From contig CAMBVS010000010.1 in assembly GCA_945871425.1 (NCBI GenBank), forward strand, positions 6,543 through 70,542: a stretch of 64,000 nucleotides of DNA, given 5' to 3'. This DNA is from Rhizobium sp. Q54. Its GTDB lineage: Bacteria; Pseudomonadota; Alphaproteobacteria; SHVZ01. A program made the translations under genes and the position numbers. The notes below the pieces were generated by a model that saw only the letters and a program-made list of their open reading frames with translations, did no database searches and was not told the origin of the DNA. Below, piece after piece: positions 42,884 to 52,381 of this stretch (the first letter of the stretch is position 1; each line of letters starts with the position of its first letter).

Positions 42884-44215
42884 ATGCGCATCGCCATGAT
42901 CGGCACCGGCTACGTCGGCCTGGTTTCCGGCGCCTGCTTCTCGGAGTTCGGCATCACCGTCGCCTGCGTCGACAAGGACGTCTCCAAGATCGAGCGCCTG
43001 AAGCAGGGCATCATGCCGATCTACGAGCCGGGCCTGGATCAGCTGGTCGAGGCCAACGTCAAGGCCGGCCGGCTCTCCTTCACCACCGATCTCAAGCCGG
43101 CGGTGGCCGCGGCCGATGCCGTGTTCATCGCCGTCGGCACGCCGAGCCGACGCGGCGACGGCCATGCCGACCTCTCCTACGTCTATGGAGCAGCCAAGGA
43201 GATCGCCGAGGCGCTGACCCACTACACGGTGGTGGTGACCAAGTCGACGGTACCCGTCGGCACCGGCCGCGAGGTCGCCCGCATCATCCGCGAGACCCGG
43301 GCCGACGCCGACTTCGACGTCGTCTCCAACCCGGAGTTCCTGCGCGAGGGGGCCGCCATAGGCGACTTCATGAGTCCTGACCGCGTGGTGATCGGGACGT
43401 CGGGCCCGCGGGCTCGCGAGGTGATGGGCCGCCTCTACCGGCCGCTCGAGCAGGACGGCAAGAAGATCGTCTACACCACGCTCGAAAGCTCCGAGCTGAT
43501 CAAGTACGCCGCAAACACCTTCCTCGCCGCCAAGATCACCTTCATCAACGAGATCGCCGATCTCTGCGAGAAGGTCGGCGCCGACGTCCACGACGTCGCC
43601 GAAGGCATCGGCCTCGATTCCCGCATCGGGCGCAAGTTCCTGCAGCCGGGGCCCGGCTACGGCGGATCGTGCTTTCCCAAGGACACGCTGGCGCTGGTCA
43701 AGACCGCTCAGGACTACGGCTCGCCGCTCCGCATCATCGAGACCGTGGTCGACGTCAACGACGCCCGCAAGCGTGCCATGGCCAAGCGGGTCATCGACGC
43801 GCTGGGCGGCGACGCCAAGGGCAAGACCGTCGCCGTGCTCGGCCTCACCTTCAAGGCCGACACCGACGACATGCGCGACAGCCCCAGCCTCGACATCGTG
43901 CCGGAGCTGGTGAAGGCCGGCGCCGTCGTCCGCGCCTATGATCCGGCCGGCATGGAAGAGGCGAAGAAGATGCTGAGCGGCGTCACCTTCTGCGAACGCG
44001 CCTACGACGCCATGACCGGTGCCGACGCGGCGACGATCCTGACCGAATGGAACGAGTTCCGTTCCCTCGACCTGGCCCGGGTCAAGCAGCTGATGCGGAA
44101 GCCGATGGTCATCGACCTTCGCAACCTCTACGACCCCGACCAGATGGCCGAGGCCGGCATCGACTATCGCTGCGTCGGCCGGCGCCCGAAGAACGGCGCC
44201 GCAAAGACCGCCTAG
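42884..44215 (+). CDS. ugd: UDP-glucose 6-dehydrogenase
   Basis: MRIAMIGTGYVGLVSGACF and the catalytic GYGGSCFPKD motif. 443 aa. Confidence 0.93.
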   Translation: MRIAMIGTGYVGLVSGACFSEFGITVACVDKDVSKIERLKQGIMPIYEPGLDQLVEANVKAGRLSFTTDLKPAVAAADAVFIAVGTPSRRGDGHADLSYVYGAAKEIAEALTHYTVVVTKSTVPVGTGREVARIIRETRADADFDVVSNPEFLREGAAIGDFMSPDRVVIGTSGPRAREVMGRLYRPLEQDGKKIVYTTLESSELIKYAANTFLAAKITFINEIADLCEKVGADVHDVAEGIGLDSRIGRKFLQPGPGYGGSCFPKDTLALVKTAQDYGSPLRIIETVVDVNDARKRAMAKRVIDALGGDAKGKTVAVLGLTFKADTDDMRDSPSLDIVPELVKAGAVVRAYDPAGMEEAKKMLSGVTFCERAYDAMTGADAATILTEWNEFRSLDLARVKQLMRKPMVIDLRNLYDPDQMAEAGIDYRCVGRRPKNGAAKTA

Positions 44216-44223
44216 AGGATCCC

Positions 44224-45621
44224 ATGCGTCACGCCTTCGACCCCACCGTCCTTCGCGAATACGACATCCGCGGCCGCGTCGGCGAAACCCTGTCGGCCGC
44301 CGATGCCCGCGCCGTCGGCCGTTCCTTCGGCACCGTGGTGCGCGAAGCCGGCGGGCGGCGGGTCAGCCTCGGGCGCGACGGCAGGCTCTCCTCGCCCGAG
44401 ATGCGGGTGGCGATGATCGAGGGCCTGACCGCGTCCGGCGTCGACGTCATCGACATCGGCCAGGTCTCGACCCCGACCCTCTACTTCTCGGTCTTCGAGC
44501 TCGGCACCGACGGCGGGGTGATGATCACCGGCTCGCACAACCCGCCGGCCTATAACGGCTTCAAGATGATGCTGGGGCGGAAGGCCTTCTACGGCGAGTC
44601 GATCCAGCGCTTAGGCCGCATCGCCGCCGAAGGCCGCTACGCCGAAGGCCAGGGCACGGTCGAGGAGCGGAACATCCGCGACGTCTATGCCGACCGCGTG
44701 ATGCGCGATATCAGGCTTGACCGGCAGCTCACCATCGTCTGGGACACCGGCAACGGCGCCGCCGGTCCCTCGGTCAACGACGCCTCGATGCGGCTCGAAT
44801 CCCGCCACTTCCTCCTCAACGTCGAGGTCGACGGCACCTTCCCCAACCACCACCCGGACCCGACCGTCGCCGAGAACCTGGAGCAGCTGATCGCCAAGGT
44901 GAAGGAGACGGGCGCCGACCTCGGCATCGGCTTCGACGGTGACGGCGATCGCATCGGCGTCGTCGACAATCTCGGCCGCGTGCTCTGGGGGGATCAGCTT
45001 CTCGCCATCCTCGCCGAGGACGTGCTGAAGCGTCACAAAGGCGCGCCGATCATCGCCGACGTAAAGGCGTCGAAGGGTCTCTACGACTGGATCGCCAAGT
45101 GCGGCGGCAAGCCGGTGATGTGGAAGTCGGGCCATTCTCTGGTCAAGGCGAAGATGGCCGAGATGCAGGCGCCGCTCGCCGGCGAAATGAGCGGCCACAT
45201 CTTCTTCGGCGACGGCTGGTACGGCTTCGACGACGCGCTCTTCGCCGGCGTCCGCCTGATCCAGATCCTGGCCAACGGCCAGATGACGCTGGCGGAGCTG
45301 AAGGACCGGCTGCCGCAGGCGGTGAACACGCCGGAGCTCCGCTTCTCCTGCTCGGAGGAGCGGAAGTTCAAGGTGATCGACGAGGTCAAGGACTGGCTCA
45401 AGGCGAAGACCGATGGCCGCTCGGTCATCGATATCGACGGCGTGCGCGTCACCACGGCCGACGGCTGGTGGCTGCTGCGTGCCTCCAACACGCAGGCGGC
45501 GCTCACCGCACGCTGCGAGTCCGAGACCGAGGCGGGCCTCGGCCGGCTGAAGGGCGACCTCCGCGCCGCGCTCGGCGCGTCGGGGGTCGAGCTGGTCGAG
45601 AGCACCAGCGCGGCGCACTAG
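44224..45621 (+). CDS. Phosphomannomutase/phosphoglucomutase
   Basis: Active-site TGSHNPPAYNGFK, the metal loop GFDGDGDRIG and the sugar-binding GEMSGH motif. 465 aa from ATG 44224. Confidence 0.9.
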   Translation: MRHAFDPTVLREYDIRGRVGETLSAADARAVGRSFGTVVREAGGRRVSLGRDGRLSSPEMRVAMIEGLTASGVDVIDIGQVSTPTLYFSVFELGTDGGVMITGSHNPPAYNGFKMMLGRKAFYGESIQRLGRIAAEGRYAEGQGTVEERNIRDVYADRVMRDIRLDRQLTIVWDTGNGAAGPSVNDASMRLESRHFLLNVEVDGTFPNHHPDPTVAENLEQLIAKVKETGADLGIGFDGDGDRIGVVDNLGRVLWGDQLLAILAEDVLKRHKGAPIIADVKASKGLYDWIAKCGGKPVMWKSGHSLVKAKMAEMQAPLAGEMSGHIFFGDGWYGFDDALFAGVRLIQILANGQMTLAELKDRLPQAVNTPELRFSCSEERKFKVIDEVKDWLKAKTDGRSVIDIDGVRVTTADGWWLLRASNTQAALTARCESETEAGLGRLKGDLRAALGASGVELVESTSAAH

Positions 45622-45624
45622 CTC

Positions 45625-46086
45625 ATGATCGGCCGCGTCCTCGACTTCCTGACCGGCCGCGCCGCGCCGACGACGGCCCACGGCGCCGACGAGTTCGAGT
45701 TGGCGGTGGCGGCGCTCCTGATCGAGGCCGAGCGCATGGACGATCGCTTCGATGCCGACGAACGGGCGGTGATCGAGCGCGTGCTCGCCGCCAGGTTCTC
45801 GCTTTCGCCCGCGGCCGTCGCCGACCTGATCGAGGCGGCCGAGACCACGGTCCGCCAGTCGACCCAGCTCTTCCCCTTCACCCAGAGGATCTGCAAGGCG
45901 ATGGCGCCCGAGGACCGGATGCAGATCCTCGAGCTGATGTGGAAGGTCGCCTATGCCGACGGCGTCCTCGATCCGCATGAGGACATGTTGCTCAGGCGCA
46001 TCGCCGGCCTGCTGCACATTCCGGACCGGCAGCGGGCAGCGGCCCGCCAGAGTGCCATCGAGAAGCTTAAGACGCTGAAGCAGTAG
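45625..46086 (+). CDS. TerB-family (tellurite-resistance-like) protein
   Basis: 153 aa. MWKVAYADGVLDPHEDMLLRRIAGLL is typical of TerB-like co-chaperone-fold proteins. Confidence 0.65.
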   Translation: MIGRVLDFLTGRAAPTTAHGADEFELAVAALLIEAERMDDRFDADERAVIERVLAARFSLSPAAVADLIEAAETTVRQSTQLFPFTQRICKAMAPEDRMQILELMWKVAYADGVLDPHEDMLLRRIAGLLHIPDRQRAAARQSAIEKLKTLKQ

Positions 46087-46091
46087 TACAA

Positions 46092-46116
46092 CCCCCTCCC
46101 ACCGGGAGAGGGTTTT
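46092..46116. terminator. Imperfect GC hairpin plus T-run between convergent genes (candidate bidirectional terminator)
   Basis: ccccctccc-accg-ggagaggg followed by TTTT, located between the TerB stop (46086) and the permease stop (46121). Confidence 0.45.
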
Positions 46117-46120
46117 CGAT

Positions 46121-46912
46121 TTAGCGGCCGAGCGCGCGCATGACGCCGACGCTGCGCTCGACCACGAGTACGGCGGAGGCGGTGGCGAGGATCAGCACGG
46201 TCGAGAGCGCGGCAACCATCGGGTCGGTGCGGCCCTCGACATAGCGGAACAACTCGACCGGGAGCGTCGAGAGCCGGGGGCCGACGACGAAGAGCGAAAT
46301 CACCACCTCGTCGAAGGAGAGGATGAAGGCGAGCGCTGCCGCCGCGATCACGCCGGGCAGCATCAGCGGCAGCGTGATCCGCCGGAACACCGTCGCCGGC
46401 GACGCGCCCAGGGTCGCCGCCGCGTCCTCGATGTCCCCGGGCAAGGTCGAGAGCGCGGTCGCGACGATGCGAACGACGAAGGGCAGCGTCACCACCATGT
46501 GGGCGGCGACCAGGCCGGGATATGTGGCGGCGAGCTTCAGCGGATAGAAGACCAGGAGGATGGCGAGACCGAGCACGATGGTGGGGAGCAGCAGCGGCGC
46601 GGTGAGGAAGGCCAGGAGCGCGTCGCGGCCGGGAAACCTGAGCCGCGCGATGGCATAGGCCGCCGGCACACCGATCAGGAGGTCGAGCGCGACGACGATC
46701 GAGGCCAGCGTGAGGCTGACGCGGAAGCCGCCGGCGAAGCCTTCGTGGGCGAGCAGCGCCCGGTACCAGCGCAACCCCCAGCTCTGCGGCGGAAAGGCGA
46801 TGAAATTGTCGCCGCTGAAGGAAATCGCGATCACCAGCACGATCGGCGCCAGCACGAAGGCGTAGAGCAGCGTCACGCCGGCCCGGACGGCGATGGGTCC
46901 GATCTTCTTCAC
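46121..46912 (-). CDS. ABC transporter permease (PotC/PotI-like)
   Basis: 263 aa, 6-TM, with the EAA-loop region (EDAAATLGASPATVFRRITLP). Confidence 0.85.
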   Translation of the reverse strand: MKKIGPIAVRAGVTLLYAFVLAPIVLVIAISFSGDNFIAFPPQSWGLRWYRALLAHEGFAGGFRVSLTLASIVVALDLLIGVPAAYAIARLRFPGRDALLAFLTAPLLLPTIVLGLAILLVFYPLKLAATYPGLVAAHMVVTLPFVVRIVATALSTLPGDIEDAAATLGASPATVFRRITLPLMLPGVIAAAALAFILSFDEVVISLFVVGPRLSTLPVELFRYVEGRTDPMVAALSTVLILATASAVLVVERSVGVMRALGR

Positions 46913-47766
46913 TCCGCCACCCGCCGCTGCAGGCGCCCGGAGGCGACGAGCACGAGGGTGAACATCGCCAGGATGGCGACGGCCAGCGCGGCGGCGAGCG
47001 GCCAGTTGAGGGTGAGCAGCGCCTGCTCGTAGATCTCGGTCGCCAGCAGGAACACCCGGCCGCCGCCCAAGAGCCGCGGGGTGACGAAGGCGCTGATCGC
47101 CAGCATGAAGCAGATGGTGCAGCCGAGCACGACGGCGGGCAGGCTCAATGGCAGCGTGACGCGAAGGAATGTCCGGAGCGGCGAGGCGCCGAGGGTGCGC
47201 GCCGCCTCCTCCAGGCCACGGTCGAGCCGGCCGAGCCCCGCCAGCAGCGACAGCGTCATGTAGGGAAGCAGGCTCTCGGTAAGGCCGATGGCGACGCCGA
47301 TGTGGTTGTTGACCAGGCGGATCGGCCGGTCGATCAGGCCCGCGCCACGCAGCATCGAGTTGATCCAGCCGGCATCGCCGAGGATGACGATCCAGCCATA
47401 GGCGCGGACGACGCCGGAGACCAGCAGGGGGCAGATCGCGAGCAGGACCAGCAGCGTCTTCCAGCGCGATTCCAACCGAAAGAGAAACAGCGCGATCGGA
47501 TAGCCGACGAGAAGGGCGCCCAGGGTCGAGACGGCCGACATCTGGAGCGAGCCAAGTGCCAGCTCACCGTAGAAAGAGTCGGTAAGCAGCTCGGCATAGT
47601 GATGGAGCGTCCAGCCCTCGCGCAGCGCGCCGTCGGGATCGCTCGGATTGAACGACATGCGGGCAAGCCAGAGGACCGGCAGGAGGAAGCCGAGGCCGAT
47701 CGCCGCCGCCGCCGGCAGCGAGAGCCCCGCCGCCAGCGCCGGCCGCCGCCGGCGGTCATCGGCCAT
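46909..47766 (-). CDS. ABC transporter permease (PotB/PotH-like)
   Basis: 285 aa with EAA loop EEAARTLGASPLRTFLRVTLP. 4-nt overlap with the downstream permease. Confidence 0.85.
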   Translation of the reverse strand: MADDRRRRPALAAGLSLPAAAAIGLGFLLPVLWLARMSFNPSDPDGALREGWTLHHYAELLTDSFYGELALGSLQMSAVSTLGALLVGYPIALFLFRLESRWKTLLVLLAICPLLVSGVVRAYGWIVILGDAGWINSMLRGAGLIDRPIRLVNNHIGVAIGLTESLLPYMTLSLLAGLGRLDRGLEEAARTLGASPLRTFLRVTLPLSLPAVVLGCTICFMLAISAFVTPRLLGGGRVFLLATEIYEQALLTLNWPLAAALAVAILAMFTLVLVASGRLQRRVAE

Positions 47767-48826
47767 CGGCGGTCTCCGGGAAGACCCGGGCGGAGTCGGG
47801 CGGCCAGCCGACGCTCACCGCCTGTCCTGCGGCGAGGCCGCGCCAGGATGGGTCGGCGGTGCCGCGCTCGGCCGTCAGTGCGAAGCCGTCGCCCGCGACT
47901 GCGATCTGCACGACGTCGCCGATATAGGTGACGCCGGTGACATGACCGGAGAGAGTTCCGCCGGAGGAGCCGAGCTGGATGTGCTGGGGGCGGACCATGA
48001 CCGTCGCCCTCGCTCCCGGCGGCGCGGGCTCCCGGACGGAGAGGAGCGCGCCGCCGATGCGGAGCCGACCGTCCGCTCCGGCCTCGGCCGCGAGCGCGTT
48101 GACGCGGCCGACGAAGCGGGCGACGAAGGGCGTCGCCGGACGCTCGTAGATCTCCTCGGGCGAGCCCAGCTGGGCGAGGCGCCCGCGCTCCATCACCGCG
48201 ATGCGGTCGGCGAGCGCGAGCGCCTCGGCCTGGTCGTGGGTGACGAAGACGGTGGTGATGCCGAGCCGGCGCTGGATCTCGCGGATCTCGCCCCGCATCT
48301 CCTCGCGAAGCTTGGCATCGAGATTGGAGAGCGGCTCGTCCAGCAGCAGGAGGTCGGGTCGGATCACCAGCGCACGGGCGAGGGCGACGCGCTGCTGCTG
48401 GCCGCCGGAGAGCGCCTTCGGCCGCCGGGCCTCGAGCCCGCCCAGCCTGACCAGGCCGAGCGCCTCGGCGACGCGGCTGCGCGCTTCGGCCTTGGCGATG
48501 CCGCGCATCTCCAGGCCGAAGGCGACATTGTCGGCGACGCTCATATGCGGGAAAAGCGCGTAGTTCTGGAACACCATGCCGATGTTGCGGCGATGGGTCG
48601 GCTTCGCCGTCAGGTCGTCGCCGTCCAGCAGGATGCGGCCGGCGGTCGGCTCGACCAGGCCCGCGATCATCCTGAGCGTCGTCGTCTTGCCGCAGCCGGA
48701 CGGGCCCAGCAGCGCCACGAACTCGCCCCGGCCGATCTCGAGATCGAGCCGGTCGACCGCCGGATCGCCGACGCCGTAGTCCTTGCAGAGACCCGCGAGC
48801 GCGAGGTGGCCGCCCCCCGGCGCCAT
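47756..48826 (-). CDS. ABC transporter ATP-binding protein (PotA-like, with C-terminal TOBE-like domain)
   Basis: Walker A GPSGCGKTT, signature LSGGQQQRVALARAL and Walker B LLLLDEPLS. Confidence 0.9.
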   Translation of the reverse strand: MAPGGGHLALAGLCKDYGVGDPAVDRLDLEIGRGEFVALLGPSGCGKTTTLRMIAGLVEPTAGRILLDGDDLTAKPTHRRNIGMVFQNYALFPHMSVADNVAFGLEMRGIAKAEARSRVAEALGLVRLGGLEARRPKALSGGQQQRVALARALVIRPDLLLLDEPLSNLDAKLREEMRGEIREIQRRLGITTVFVTHDQAEALALADRIAVMERGRLAQLGSPEEIYERPATPFVARFVGRVNALAAEAGADGRLRIGGALLSVREPAPPGARATVMVRPQHIQLGSSGGTLSGHVTGVTYIGDVVQIAVAGDGFALTAERGTADPSWRGLAAGQAVSVGWPPDSARVFPETADGR

Positions 48827-48829
48827 CGG

Positions 48830-49873
48830 TCAGCGGCCCGCGATCACCTCGCGCCGCCAGCGGTTGTTCCAGGCGTCGCGGATCGTGGTGACCCAGCCCC
48901 AGTCGAGCGGGATCATCTTCGCCATGTTCTCGGGCGAGGCTGCGGTGCGGGCGATCGCGGCCGGCGCAATGTCGGCCTTGGCGTTGACCGGGGCGTAGAA
49001 CATCGACTCGGTGAAGCGCTTCTGGGCGTCGCGGCCGAGCGCGTGCTCGATGAAGGCGGTCGCCGCCTCCGGGTTCTTCGAGCCGGCGACCAGGTTGATG
49101 GTGTTGATCTGGAAGACGCTGCCTTCCTTCGGGAAGACGACGCCGAGCCGGCCCTTCGACTCATCGTGGTAGAGCTGGGCACGGGCGTTCCAGCCCGAGG
49201 CCACGGTGAGCGTGTTGCCGAGGATCATGGTGTAGCCGTCCGGCTGCGGATCGAAGGTCTGGACCGACGGCCCCAGCTCCTTCAGCCGCTTCATCGCTCC
49301 GTCGATGGTGACCTTGAAGTCCTCCCCGGCGATCTTGGAGGTGAGCACGGTGGCGGCGATGCCCTGGATGTTGGGCATAGCCGAGAGCCCGATCTGGCCT
49401 TTGAAGCGCGAATCCCAGAGGTCGGCCAGCGCGGTCGGCGCCGGCTTCACCTTGCCGGTGTCGTAGACCAGCACCCAGTGGTCGAAGGTGACGGCGGGGC
49501 CGAAGCCGTCCGGCACCATCGCCAGCGCGTGCAGCTCCTTCAGGCTCGGCACCTTGGCCGGATCGAGGCGGGCGAAGACGCCCTCCTTGTTGCCGACGTT
49601 GGAGACCGAGGCGTCCAGGATCGCCACGTCGATCTGGGGGCTCGAGCGCTGGGCGCGCAGCGTCCCCAGCATCTGGGCGGAGTTGCCGGAGGTGAAGTAG
49701 TTGACCTTCACCTGCGGAAACTTCTGGGTGAAGGGCTGGATCACCGCGGCCTTGTACTTGTCCTCGAAGATGCCGGCATAGGCCATGACGGTGATCTCGC
49801 CGGCGGGCTGCGCCTGGGCGGTCGAGGCGGCGGCGATCAGCGCGGCGGCGGCGAGCGCGAGACGGGCGAGCAT
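48830..49873 (-). CDS. ABC transporter periplasmic substrate-binding protein (polyamine/PotD-like family 1 SBP)
   Basis: 347 aa from MLARLALAAAALIAAASTAQAQ (signal peptide; GGGAGG RBS). The substrate is not determinable from sequence alone. Confidence 0.8.
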   Translation of the reverse strand: MLARLALAAAALIAAASTAQAQPAGEITVMAYAGIFEDKYKAAVIQPFTQKFPQVKVNYFTSGNSAQMLGTLRAQRSSPQIDVAILDASVSNVGNKEGVFARLDPAKVPSLKELHALAMVPDGFGPAVTFDHWVLVYDTGKVKPAPTALADLWDSRFKGQIGLSAMPNIQGIAATVLTSKIAGEDFKVTIDGAMKRLKELGPSVQTFDPQPDGYTMILGNTLTVASGWNARAQLYHDESKGRLGVVFPKEGSVFQINTINLVAGSKNPEAATAFIEHALGRDAQKRFTESMFYAPVNAKADIAPAAIARTAASPENMAKMIPLDWGWVTTIRDAWNNRWRREVIAGR

Positions 49874-49921
49874 CGAAGGACCTCCCGGACGTGACGGTCC
49901 CAGACGATAGCCGACCGGCTG

Positions 49922-49960
49922 CCGACAAAGAAAGCCTCCGGGGCCGTTAGACCCCGGAGG
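49922..49960 (-). terminator. Rho-independent terminator after the DD-carboxypeptidase gene
   Basis: Perfect 10-bp stem gcctccgggg / ccccggaggc with an 8-nt loop. On the minus strand it is followed by CTTTCTTTGT. Confidence 0.7.
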
Positions 49961-49997
49961 CAGTTTGGAACAGGGGACCGTGACGCAGGCTGGAAGG

Positions 49998-51323
49998 CTA
50001 GTTGGTGCGCGTGGTGCGGCCGGAGGCATCCGCGAGGGTCGCTTTGCCGGCCAGCGGCTGTATCGGCTGGCAAGCCTGCTTCTGGCGCTTCAGCTCCTCG
50101 CAGAGCGACCTGGCCTGGGCGGGCGACAGATTCTGCAAGCGGGCACGATAGCGCTTGCCGTCGGCGGTCTTCACCGCCGCGATGTCGCTGGCCGCCGTCG
50201 AGGTCGACCTGGGTGCCAGGCGGAAGGCATCGGCGACGGCACGCTCGGCCTGGACCTGGGTCTTGAAGATACCGACCTGGGCCGACCACGGCCGGCCGCC
50301 GGCCGCCTCGATCGCCTGGCGCTCCAGCTCGTCGGCCGAAGGGCCGGGCTTCGCCTTGGTCTTGGCGGAGGTGGCGGCCTTGGACAGGGCGTCGGTCTTG
50401 GTCGGCTTCTTCTGCTGATCGGCGACGCGGATCAGCGGCGCATCGGCGTCAGGCTGGCGCGGACCGCGGATGCCGAGGGTGCCGAAGCCGTCGTCCAGCA
50501 GCGACACCATATGTGCATCGCGGGCGCGGCCGCTGGAGCCGCCGAAGACCACACCGATCACGCGGCGGCCGTCGCGCTGGGCCGAGGCCACCAGGTTGAA
50601 GCCGGAGGAATTGATGAAGCCGGTCTTGATGCCGTCGACGCCGTCGTAGGCGCCAAGCAGGCGATTGTGATTGTGATGGACCTGGCCGCGGAAGACGAAC
50701 TCTGCGGTCGAGAAGTAGCGATATTGGCGCGGATGGTCGCGAAGCATGGCCAGCGCCAGCACCGCCATGTCGCGGGCGCTGGTCACCTGGCGCGGGTTGG
50801 GCAGGCCCGAGGCGTTGACGAAGGTGGTCTGGGCCATGCCGAGCGAACGGGCCCGCTGGGTCATGCGCTGGCCGAAGGCCTCCTCGCTTTCCGCCATCGC
50901 CTCGGCCAGTACCACGGCCGCGTCGTTGGCTGACTTGGTGACGAGGGCGAGGATCGCCTGCTCGACGGTGAGCGCGTCGCCGGGCCTGAGACCAAGCTTC
51001 GAGGGGGTCATCGCGGCGGCGTGGGCGGACGCCCTGATCGGCTGCTGCAGGTTCAGCTGACCCCGCTTCAGCGCGTCGAACGTCATGTAGAGCGTCATAA
51101 TCTTGGTCAGCGACGCGGGATGCAGCACCTGATCCGCATTGCTCGCCGCCAGAACCCGGCCCGACTCGGCATCGACCACGATCGAGGCGTAGCGTTCATC
51201 GGCGGTAAAGGCGGGCATGATCGCTGCCGAGGCCGCGGATGCCATCAGCAGGAGCGCTGCAAGGCTCAGGGTCCAGATTTTGAGACGCCTTATCCCGTCC
51301 GACCTCATCGCCGTCTCCAGCAA
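49998..51323 (-). CDS. D-alanyl-D-alanine carboxypeptidase (S11, PBP5/6-like) with C-terminal SPOR domain
   Basis: Motifs SLTKIMT (SxxK), SANDAA (SxN) and KTGF (KTG). The C-terminus WSAQVGIFKTQVQAERA...YRARLQNLSPAQARSLCEEL is SPOR-like. Alternative start at 51308. Confidence 0.85.
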   Translation of the reverse strand: MLETAMRSDGIRRLKIWTLSLAALLLMASAASAAIMPAFTADERYASIVVDAESGRVLAASNADQVLHPASLTKIMTLYMTFDALKRGQLNLQQPIRASAHAAAMTPSKLGLRPGDALTVEQAILALVTKSANDAAVVLAEAMAESEEAFGQRMTQRARSLGMAQTTFVNASGLPNPRQVTSARDMAVLALAMLRDHPRQYRYFSTAEFVFRGQVHHNHNRLLGAYDGVDGIKTGFINSSGFNLVASAQRDGRRVIGVVFGGSSGRARDAHMVSLLDDGFGTLGIRGPRQPDADAPLIRVADQQKKPTKTDALSKAATSAKTKAKPGPSADELERQAIEAAGGRPWSAQVGIFKTQVQAERAVADAFRLAPRSTSTAASDIAAVKTADGKRYRARLQNLSPAQARSLCEELKRQKQACQPIQPLAGKATLADASGRTTRTN

Positions 51324-51513
51324 AATTCTCTTGGATGGTCACTATTGTGCTACAGCATTGGTGTCGACGTTAGAAAAATCTTGCAAGTATTTGTTTTTAA
51401 ATGATTTATCAGCAGCCGCTGATGTGAATTATGGCGAATCTGAGGCGAATCAAGAGGTTAGGGATGAGACGTCGCGGACGGGAAAGGTGACCAAGAAATC
51501 CGTCGCAGATGCG

Positions 51514-51584
51514 ATATTGCACTGCACAATATCCCTTGACACTCCCCGGAGATCGCCTATTTAAGGCGCATGCTGCAGTGCAGC
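51514..51584 (+). promoter_or_regulatory. Candidate sigma70 promoter of the phasin gene, flanked by two TGC-rich palindromic operators (PhaR-type)
   Basis: TTGACA (51536-41), 16 nt, TATTTA (51558-63). Upstream is the near-palindrome ATATTGCACTGCACAATAT (51514-32). Downstream is the perfect palindrome GCTGCAgTGCAGC (51572-84), which contains CTGC-N3-GCAG. Confidence 0.45.
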
Positions 51585-51635
51585 ACAAAACAACCCGCGC
51601 CGGCCGCCGCCGGCCATCCCGTGAAGGAGACTCCC

Positions 51636-52166
51636 ATGAACCAGAAGACCCAGAAGTCGGCGCCTTCCGCGAAAGACGCGTTCCAGGCCGCCGAGACCGT
51701 CAAGGAGACCGTCGAGACCGTCGTCAAGGCCGGCACCGCCGCCGCCAAGGCCTCCTACGAGCAGGCCATGGAGATGACCAAGAGCAACGTCGAGAAGGCC
51801 TCGCAGAACTTCTTCAAGGGCTATGGAGAGCTCGCCAATCTCGGCAAGCAGAACCTCGAGGCGTTCGTCCAGTCCTCGACCGTCGTGGTCAAGGGCGCGG
51901 AGACCTTCGGCAAGGAGTGGATGGGCTTCGCCCAGGCCGCCGTCGAGCAGAACGTCGCCGCCATCCAGAGCCTGGTCGCCGCCAAGACCCTGAAGGAGGT
52001 CGTCGACCTCCAGAACGACTGGGCGAAGAAGACCTTCGACACCGCCGTCGCCGAGAGCGCCAAGCTCTCCGAGATGGGCGTCAAGACCGCCAACGACGCC
52101 TTCGAGCCGATCAAGGCTCGCGTGAACGTGAGCGTCGAGAAGCTGTTCAAGCCGGCCGCTGCGTAA
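51636..52166 (+). CDS. Phasin (PHA granule-associated protein)
   Basis: 176 aa from MNQKTQK (GAAGGAGA RBS). It is Ala/Lys/Glu-rich and helical, with NLEAFVQSSTVVVKGAETFGKEWMGFAQ..VEQNVAA...AKTLKEVVDLQNDW typical of the alphaproteobacterial phasin_2 family. Confidence 0.82.
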   Translation: MNQKTQKSAPSAKDAFQAAETVKETVETVVKAGTAAAKASYEQAMEMTKSNVEKASQNFFKGYGELANLGKQNLEAFVQSSTVVVKGAETFGKEWMGFAQAAVEQNVAAIQSLVAAKTLKEVVDLQNDWAKKTFDTAVAESAKLSEMGVKTANDAFEPIKARVNVSVEKLFKPAAA

Positions 52167-52199
52167 CGCCTTCGCTTCAAGCGAATCGTGCCGATCGAC

Positions 52200-52236
52200 G
52201 GCCCGGCAGGGGATCCTGCCGGGCCGTTTGCTTTTT
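52200..52236 (+). terminator. Rho-independent terminator after the phasin gene
   Basis: Perfect 11-bp stem ggcccggcagg / cctgccgggcc with a 4-nt loop, followed by TTTGCTTTTT. Confidence 0.8.
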
Positions 52237-52381
52237 CAGGGTCGCGTTCCCATCTGAGTAGGCCTCTGCCGCATCCGGGTTTTCGCCATGTTCGCCGACG
52301 AGACTCGGTCCAACCCTTCCCCTCGTGGTTCCGCGACCCTATGATTTCATCCGACCTGATCGTCCCTAGGATTCGCGTATC

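Noticed and set aside
47648-49894. 748-aa plus-strand ORF across the ABC transporter operon
   Set aside because: The minus-strand frames carry Walker A/B, signature and EAA-loop motifs and a signal-peptide SBP. The plus-strand translation is low-complexity (R/G/D/A-rich) with no motif.
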